This document shows positions 43,980-53,810 of a stretch of 64,000 nucleotides of DNA, in pieces (position 1 is the stretch's first letter; the number at the start of each line of letters is the position of its first letter). The DNA lies in assembly GCA_002245135.1 (NCBI GenBank), contig NGBS01000871.1:62001-126000 (forward strand), written 5' to 3'. This DNA is from Proteromonas lacertae (Eukaryota). Position numbers and translations under genes: made by a program. The notes under the pieces are model-generated. The model ran no database searches, was not told where the DNA came from, and was given only the letters and a program-made list of their open reading frames with translations.

Positions 43980-46420
43980 TCAAACAGCAATACTTTTAGG
44001 TTTGTTAGAGTAAATAAATTCAACACAAAATGCCTCAGAATAATTTTTCTTTGAATTTATTCCATCAACATCATGCTTAAAATATATTTCTTTGTCTTTC
44101 ACAAAATAACTATGTTGCCATATATACAGTTCTTTATCAACTTTAAATATAAACTCATCCTATATATATATATATATTATATATATTTCACACTAATATA
44201 TACTTTTACAACAACTTTTGGATGAATTATAATGGTAGATAATCCATCATTTACTCCACTTGAATTTATATACAATTTCATCCCACCATAAGATCTTATC
44301 TCCACTTTCACTCTGCCTTTTCGTGGATACTATTTTTAAGTATAATTATATATATATATATACTCCTCTTATGATTATTGTTTCTATCTCAACTTCTTTT
44401 GTGAAATATTCCATCATAATATAGTTAAATCTTCCTTCATCCATATTCAACAGTTTATTTGAATTACTTTCTATTTTGTATAATTCATTTAATAATCTTT
44501 CATAGTAATGAACAAACCGAATTTGACTTGGACCACTTACTCCTTGATCTTTGATTTCACCATATGTTCTTTTATCAGCAAATAAATTAAGAGCTTCTTC
44601 AGCTGTTTCACATACTCCACTTAATAACAAATAAGCACAAATCATACAACCAGTTCTACCTTTTCCTCCTTTACAATGAACTGCTATTACATTATAAAGA
44701 TCAAATGACAGAAACAAACAAGAGTTTATGGCAAATAAATACATAGATCGAAGTTTGGGTACATTATGATCAGGAATTGGATATTTTACTACATTTCCAT
44801 GAAAGTAATTTACATTATAATCCCTTTCATTACATAAGTTATAGATTCTATAACGGTTGGGATGTTTTGTATCAAAAAATCTAGCTACTTCTTTAATTGG
44901 ATTTCTATATATCTTTTCAATTCCTGTAGCTGGTAATGACATTGCTATACATTTATTTGTGATATATGTCAAGTCTAAATCAAATCCATCTTTTTGATAT
45001 CTTGTTTTATTTCTTGATACAGCTTTCTTTGATGAATGTTTCATTTTCTTTCTCATGTCATTTATTCTATATATTGTAATACAACATGATTGAATGATAA
45101 TCATTATTCCATCAACAACAAACACCAAATACAAAAATATACTATCAATTTCACCATCATTTCCTATTTGTACGAACAATAATACTAAAGAAGAAATAAG
45201 TGAAATAGATGCAACACTCAATTGACATTTCTATTAGTATAAAAAAGACATAAGATCTTATACATCAACAAAAAACATATGTTTATATCCATATACTTTT
45301 ATTCTCATTAATACTTCTACTAAATAAAAACAAGATATAACAGGAACAAGGTAGCTATGATAATAAATAAAATAAAATACAAATAAACATCTTGGTTTGA
45401 ATAAAACAAACACATACAAATATAAGCTAGTAATATAACAAAATAGATGAATTGACAATCTAATAATAATAATAATAAATTACACAATTATTTATTTATA
45501 CAAAATGATTCAATAATCTTTTGCATTATTCTATCACTTTCTGATTTTATTTCTTTAGGATATAGTTTTTCTTCTAATTTATCTCCAATATAATTAAATA
45601 TTGAATTCATCGTTATTACTCCACTGATTCCAGTTATTCCTTCACTTACAATCATTTCATCACTTTCTTTTTCATACATTATATTTAAACATTCCATTAT
45701 TGACATTCGATTACTTATTACATTTAATTTTTCATCTTCTTTTATTAAGTCTTTTAAATGTTTGTTTTCCGGAAGTAAACCTTTTCGTAGTATTTCATTA
45801 CATATCTCTTTTTCATTTATAAATTTTATGTAGTTACCTTCATGAGTTACGATTAAATTATTATTTTTATTATTATGTAATAAGATTATTGATTCTTCTA
45901 TTGATGTAGTATCAGGTATTAATATGAAGTTCTTATTACATATCTCACCTATTTGATCATTTCTAAATACATTTTATAATATATTATATATATAACATTA
46001 TATAATACAAAGGATCATCAGGATAAGTACTTCTATATTACATAGCAATTAAGAATTCTATTATATATGAGATAATTATCTTAAATAGGATATTAAATCA
46101 CAAATAGGATTTGAAGATTCAACAGGAGTTATTCTCTATAATAATCATTAAGGAATAAATACTGACAGGTATGAAGTATTAGATTTGTCACTTGCAGCTA
46201 TATTTTAAATATTAGAATAACAAGGATAATACAAGGTGGAAATAATGTAGATTTGTTTGAAATATTTATACTTATATGTTTACTATTAAGTAAAACTCTA
46301 ATAATACTGAAGATCTATTGATTCAGACATTTCTATCCTTTTTTCACTTTTAAATTCAATTCCAATTGGTCTTAGTCCATTTGCTTTTAACTTATTCCCA
46401 CTATTCCCATTTCCAAGCAT
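43980..46420 (-). CDS. CBS-VSD-PTEN-C2 protein (copy 5; mosaic)
   Basis: CBS exon at about 45490-45965, S2 YLVEVLMR, HCKGGKGR and C2 tail VDGINSKKNYS. Confidence 0.87.
46038..46093 (-). other. U12-type AT-AA intron (56 nt) in VSP copy 5
   Basis: 5' ATATCCT, branch TTCTTAAT. Removal gives ICDL|YRSTYPDDP. Confidence 0.7.
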
Positions 46421-46806
46421 TATATTCTATTTAGAAAAAAAACTTGGCTTGAAGTTTGAGTTTTAATGTATTTTTGAAAAATATAAAAGGCAAGAATGGA
46501 AGAAGTAAATAATAATGTATTAAAAAGGGGAAATAGAACCGTTCTATATAGTTTTTTCAATTAAATAAAAGTGTTTGAGTAAATAGAAATATGATTATTG
46601 CTTATAATATTTTAACTCTTAAAAACCCATATTTGACTGTTTTAAGATTTTGATAGTTGTTAAAATTACAACTGAATATTTTTTCTATTATTCTTGTTCT
46701 GTTAAATAATATTACTATATTGGATGGAAGATAATTGGCTTTAATATAATTATTATGTCATTATAAAGAGAAATCATGATGAAGTTTATTCTTATAACAA
46801 CACTGA

Positions 46807-47353
46807 TGTTGTACGCCGTTGGGAGATAAAAGGGTTTTAGATTACGTTGAAGTTATATACGTAACCATGAGCCCCTAAATATCACAGATATACACTTAGT
46901 TTTTCAAAAAAGTTACGTTGGCTGTATATCGTATAGTTCTGGTTAATCAGTTATATAATAGCAATAGCAGAAAACGAAATTAAAGTTTTTAGATGAATAG
47001 AATATAATAATTTTAATTTCTTTATACATAATATTTAAATTGAAAAAGTAGGCTTGAAAGAGGCTTGAACTCGATTTTTATTTTTCCATTTTTAATTTCC
47101 TTAACATCAATTTTTTCATATCTTATTCATCTCAGCTGATGTATTTTTGTCTGTAGTAACGATTGAAACAAAAAAATATTGAATGAAGTAAAATGCGTTT
47201 CATATATACAAGGCGGAAGCTTAAAAAAATATATATCACAGATGTAGCTTATATGCCAAAGTAAGTATATATTTGATTATAACTCACTACCAAACCCTCT
47301 ACTGTCGAATTAGTTTTTAATAAAACCCTTTTATCTCCCAACGGCGTACAACA
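46807..47353. mobile_element. 547-bp non-autonomous DNA transposon (MITE-like) with 33-bp perfect TIRs and a 5-bp TSD
   Basis: Left TIR TGTTGTACGCCGTTGGGAGATAAAAGGGTTTTA at 46807-46839 and its exact reverse complement at 47321-47353. ACTGA flanks both ends (46802-46806, 47354-47358). Confidence 0.9.
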
Positions 47354-47698
47354 ACTGATATAAAAACTCAGATATAAAAACATGAATATTACAACAGAAA
47401 TCAATAATCAGACAGTTAAACACTCCATTAGGGGGCAATGTATAGAATATAATACATTACACTCAAATTTCTATAAGTATAATGAATATATACAGTGCTC
47501 TAATGTTAGATTATAATGAAAAGGAACTAAATGTTTTGTTGATAAATTTAATTGCTGATAATATTATTAATGCACATCATGCAACCCATTACTATAATTA
47601 GCTAGTATTAATAATCGTTTATATTAAAACAGTGTGTTTATGCTTGTTTTTATAAGAAATGAAATGTTCATGAAACGAATAGTTTTTGAAATTTAAAA

Positions 47699-50246
47699 AT
47701 GTCAAAAACTGAAAGTAATCATGAGTCAAATAAGCAAGTAGTAGTTAATATTGAAGATATAGAATTGACTAAATCTGACACCAGTATAATTGATAGAAAT
47801 GACGATGATTCTAATAAACAGTATTTATATAGGTATATTAAATATAGGACAAATATATTAACGAAGCAAATGAGTCAAAAACAGTATAAATATATTAAAA
47901 TTTAGTTCATTATAGTATATCTACAACGGTTGTTAATATAAGTATATTAATTTGTTTGATACATTTAAACAGATCGGGTGCAAGCAAGATTTCCATTTTT
48001 TAATTCTGTATATTATAACTTGTGAGATTATAGGAAATCACAGAAGTTTCTCCTTCAGCATCATGCATTTGTGATTTAATATCCTATTTAAAATAATTAT
48101 CTCATATATAATAGAATTCTTAATTGCTATGTAATATAGAAGTACTTATCCTGATGATCCTTTGTATTATATAATGTTATATATATATAATATATTATAA
48201 AATGTATTTAGAAATGATCAAATAGGTGAGATATGTAATAAGAACTTCATATTAATACCTGATACTACATCAATAGAAGAATCAATAATCTTATTACATA
48301 ATAATAAAAATAATAATTTAATCGTAACTCATGAAGGTAACTACATAAAATTTATAAATGAAAAAGAGATATGTAATGAAATACTACGAAAAGGTTTACT
48401 TCCGGAAAACAAACATTTAAAAGACTTAATAAAAGAAGATGAAAAATTAAATGTAATAAGTAATCGAATGTCAATAATGGAATGTTTAAATATAATGTAT
48501 GAAAAAGAAAGTGATGAAATGATTGTAAGTGAAGGAATAACTGGAATCAGTGGAGTAATAACGATGAATTCAATATTTAATTATATTGGAGATAAATTAG
48601 AAGAAGGAAGAGAAATCAGAAATATCAATGTAAAGAAATCATGTAAAAGTTGTTTATTGAATATAGTTGATTCAATATGTATTTATTTTATTGCTATATA
48701 CTTTATTTAGATTTCCAGTTAATCTTAGTTATACTACTTATAGTATATTTTGTAGTAACTATTCTTACTCATGATACATTCACATCAATATTTGTATCAG
48801 TATTTCTATTCATAGAAATTATCTTTAGAATAATAGTAAGTGGAATCTTTAATTTACTTTATGTTGATGTATATTATTATTATTATTATTATTTTATTAA
48901 TTCAATAATAGTATGTTCAATTGATTATATCAATATCATCTCTTGTTGCTGCTGCTGTTTCTTTGAAGTATAATACAGAAATATCATTTGAAGTATATCA
49001 ATTGTTGAATTCAGTGTCAGGTTCTGCACTTGTTTTTCAGCTAATCACAATCACAGGTTATAGAATGATTTTAATAAAAAGAAGGATGATGAAAAAGAGT
49101 AGAAAGTTAGTGTCTAGGAACAAAGCAAGATATCAGAAGGATGGGTTTGATTTGGATTTGACTTATATAACTCCAAGATGTATTGCAATGTCATTACCAG
49201 CTGAAAATATAGAAAGTATTTACAGAAATCCAATTAAAGAAGTATCAAGATTCTTTGATAAAAAACATCCAAAATGTTATAGAATCTATAATTTATGTAA
49301 TGAAAGAGATTACAATATTAATTATTTTCATGGAAATGTCAAGAAATTTCCAATCAAAGATCATAATGTTCCAAGAGTAGAAAGTATGTATCAGTTTGCT
49401 ATGGATGCTGTTTATTATTTAAACCAAAAACCTTACAATGTAATAGCTGTTCATTGTAAAGGAGGAAAAGGAAGAACTGGTTGTATGGTTTGTGCTTATC
49501 TAATAAACAGTGGTGTTTGTAAAACAGCTGATGAAGCTTTAAGATTATTTGCAAATAAAAGATCATTTGGTGAATCAAAGAATCAAGGAGTAAGTGGTCC
49601 AAGTCAAATTCGCTTTGTTCATTATTTTGAAGAATTTTTAAAGGAGTTTAAGGAAATAGTTGATCATTTGTCATTAACTGAAGATACTGTAAAAGAGTAT
49701 GTAAACTATTTTTCAGAATTACGGAAAAGAATTAAAGATAAAGACTCAGGAGATGATGATTTGTTAATAAATAATCAATCTTGTATGGATGATTGTAAAG
49801 TGAAATTTAGTTTCATCACTGAACATTTTATAAGAAAAATCAGAATAAACAAAATTGTAATAAGAAATGTATATATATATATATGTTTGTATATATTAAT
49901 TAGATGCCTGAAATAATGAATGGGAATCAAGTGTTTATTATAACAGATTATGATGATAATATTTTATGGAAAAATAATGAAGTTGAAATAGATGTAGAAA
50001 TTAGCAGAATAGTTGAATTTGAACCATCTTTAAACATAGAAGGAGAATTTAAATTTGAGGTAAAACCATTCCTTTTTGTATGGCTTCAATCATATTATGT
50101 GAAAGATGAAGAGGTTTTAAGTCTGAAATTGATAGATATAGCATGTAGAAATCCAAAGTATTATACTGTTGATATTCTGTAATAGATTTCCACCCAACTT
50201 CGAGATTGTAATTTATTCATCAGATATTACTGAAACAAATAGCTGA
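47699..50246 (+). CDS. CBS-VSD-PTEN-C2 protein (copy 6)
   Basis: CBS exon at about 48210-48600, S2 FIEIIFR, LVSRNKARYQKDGFDLDLTY, HCKGGKGR, and C2 exons to 50246. Confidence 0.87.
48079..48134 (+). other. U12-type AT-AA intron (56 nt) in VSP copy 6
   Basis: 5' ATATCCT, branch TTCTTAAT. Removal gives ICDL|YRSTYPDDP. Confidence 0.7.
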
Positions 50247-50630
50247 AAAACACCGTAATTTATAGTAATAATAGATGAATGTCAATTCTAAAGAAGTAAT
50301 ACAAAGTTTATAATTTAAATTGTAATGTATAATCTCTACACTTTAAAATATAATTATTATTCTTTTAATTAACCAAATTTGTTATTTTTAATATAATATG
50401 AATAGAAATACTCAATTTAGCCTGTTAATCATTTTATAAGTATTGATTTGCCATCAATTTTCTTATTTTACATTACTTATAGTAATATATATCTCAAAAC
50501 TACGTTTAGTAACCACATCATGCTTAAAATTAAAAAAAGAAAATAAATTTCAAAATAATATTCGTTTCACAACGATTAGAATTTTTGAAACAAAAAAAAC
50601 AGATTAAACACTATTTAAATATAATTACTA

Positions 50631-51608
50631 TTAAATATCACTAAATTTAAATTCAATTTGAAAATTTGATGAAAATCTATACAGAATAAAAAGAATGCAT
50701 CAATACTTTGTATTTCTACAAGCTCCATCAACTTCATTTCTGCTAACAATCATTTCATCTTTAACAAAATACGAATTTAACCATACAAAGAAGTATGATT
50801 TCAATTCAAATTTAAATTCACTTAAAACTGTAATTGTTGGTTTTAATATTATATTCTTTTCTATTTCAATGTTAATACCATTACTCTCCCACAGTAAATT
50901 ACCTTGATAATCTAATATACTAAATACAGGTGTATAATTAATCTTTGCCATCTAAATAATGATATAAGAATATTTCTTTATATACATTTCTTATTAATAT
51001 TTGTTCAATTCGAACTTCTCTTGTAAAATGATCTAACAGTTGTTGAGGATAATCATTTTGTCCAATTTTATAAATATTTCGAATATCACATACTCCATAC
51101 ATCATGCTAGAGGATGCTGTCCTTCTTCTACTAGAATTATTAGGTAAAGATGAAGATAATGATTCATTCCTATATGTATCTGTTGTTGTTATTGGTGGAG
51201 GTGAATAATCTGTTGTATTATCTTCATTATTATTATTATTATTATTATTACGTATTTGGCTTTTCACTGAATTTAATGTAATGTTTCTTATACCTCTCAA
51301 TGTTATCATATTTTCTGGGTGTGATGTGATAATGCTGTGAATATTCTCATTATTATTATTCGAATCTACATTTGTATTTGTATTACCTACATTATTATCA
51401 ATCACAGCAGTAGAATCTGTTGTTGTTGTTGTTGTATTCTGGTTATTTAAATGAATAACAGAATCTTTATTAAATAATTCAGGATTTGCTTGATACAATT
51501 CCTTCAATTCAATTAAAAACTTCTCATAATAATGAACAAATCTGATTTGAGAAGGACAACTAACCCCTTGATGCTTTTTATGTGTAATAACAGTTATTCT
51601 AGTTTCAC

Positions 51609-51642
<34 letters not shown>

Positions 51643-53444
51643 GTCATTATCATCGGAATAAGTTCTTTTATTCTTAAATAGCTCTAATGCTTCATCACCA
51701 CTATTACTAACACCACTTGCCAATAAATAAGCACATATCATACAACCAGTTCTACCTTTTCCACCTTTACAATGAACAGCAATTACATTATATGGATTTT
51801 TATTTAAATAATTCAATGAGTCTGTTGCAAATTGATGCATTGCCCAAACGGTTGGAACATTATGATCAGGAATTGGAAATTTCTTGACATGTCCATGAAA
51901 ATAGCTTTTATCATAACTTCTTTCATTACATAAATTATAAATTCTATAACAATCTGGATGTTTTGTATCAAAGAATCTAGCAACTTCTTTAATTGGATTT
52001 CTATAAATACTTTCAACTCTTATGGATGGTAATGACATTGCTATACATCTTTGTGTTATATAAGTCAAATCTAAATCAAATCCATCTTTCTTATATCTTC
52101 TTTTATTTTGACTAACCAAATGTTTAGAATGATTGATTACTTTCCTTTTATATTCAATTGCTTTACACAAACCAAAGCAAAACCCTCTTACTCCCATAAA
52201 TACTTCATTTGCAAAATAACTTCCTTTTCTTAAACCTTCAAACTCTTTAGGACAAGCAACAGCTAATATATTAGTCGCAATTCCAAAAAATGAGAATATT
52301 CCACCAATTATATCAACTGGAGATTGATGTTTAAATCCAGTTGTTTTTATTCGAAATGCAATTTCAAATACTAACATACATGATAAAACTAAACTAATAA
52401 CAACTGCAATATCAAAGTTTAATATTCCAAATGATAATACAAATGTAACAATATTCATAATTATTAATATTAACATAAAACATTGATATGCTATAAAAAT
52501 TAAAATGATAATTTCATTATTATACACAATGAATCAAAACATCTTTTTATTTTATATTCATAGTGTGACATTTTCGCACCATTTGCATCTAATTTTTTAG
52601 CTAAATGTTCTGCAACATAATTGAATATCTTATGTTCTGTTATTATACCACTTAATCCACTTGTTCCTTCTTCTACTAACATTATATGACAACCCTAATG
52701 AAGATATATATTTATAAATTATACCGTTTTTTTCATCCTCCTTAAACATTCTAATAGTGTAGCTGAAGAACTGATTGTATTATAATTATCTGATTCATCT
52801 AATTTTATTATTTGTTCAAGTGTAGGGTTTTCATGAAGTATTCCATTTGATAGTATATTATTGATTATATCTGCTCTTGTTATTGCTTTTACAAATGTTT
52901 TCTGATGAGTTACTAATAAAGAATCACACCTAAATATTTAAATTGATATTTCTATAATTAAAAAGAATACTTCTTCTGATATAATAAACATATTGCATCT
53001 TGAAGTAAAACATAATCTTCAACAATTACAAATGTCTTTTTATACACATCCCTTACAAGGGAATTTAATGGATCTCCTCTAAATTTCTTATTCTTTTCAC
53101 ATATATTTTTGTCTTCTGGAGATAATATTCCAGTATCATCAGATAATACTGACATACACGAAAAATCATGTTTGTAACTCGCTATTTAATATTAATATAC
53201 AAATATATACATGATGCTGATGATCCATCTTTATTTGGTGTTGTATCTATTGGTGATCGACTATAAATCGATAATTAGATATAATACTCTGGAAAATGGA
53301 TGAATAAATTAGGTTCAGTACTATAGAAATAACATGGTAAATGATATACGTTCTTTCAGAAGGTAGATTTTTGTTAAATTCTTGTTCTTTGAAAGCAATT
53401 CTAGGATAGTTTTAGATAGAATATAATACGACTGATGGCGACAT
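50631..53444 (-). CDS. CBS-VSD-PTEN-C2 protein (copy 7; Asn/Thr-rich inserts)
   Basis: CBS exons at about 52600-53070, S2 VFEIAFR, LVSQNKRRYKKDGFDLDLTY, HCKGGKGR and C2 EVDGACRN. Start approximate. Confidence 0.87.
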
Positions 53445-53810
53445 TTTTTATTGGATTGGACTATTCATTTAATGATGTGTCGAAGAAAAAGTATTTTGAT
53501 TTTTTTTTGTTAACCCAATGCAAAATAGATATTGAGTATTTATTGAAATTAGCGTTTGAGATATGAAACACTATATATAGTTATATATCTAAAGTAATAT
53601 ACTTTGCCATAAGATAGAAATTCAAAAAAATGAAAGAGATATCACATTATTTACTACAAAAAGATATTAAATGTTAAATATAAGCATATGTATTGTATCG
53701 TAATTTATATTACTATAAGAAATATATCTCAGAAGAATAGTGTAGAGACAAAAAATAAACAAAAATATATTTTTCAAAATACTTTTTAAGTGGTTGTTTT
53801 TTTGTGTTTA

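Larger units (their letters stand above)
45569..48605. repeat. Near-perfect inverted repeat: 45569-46105 versus 48067-48605
   Basis: The two arms are reverse complements over about 537 bp including introns. By eye they differ by one substitution and one TA unit. Confidence 0.9.
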
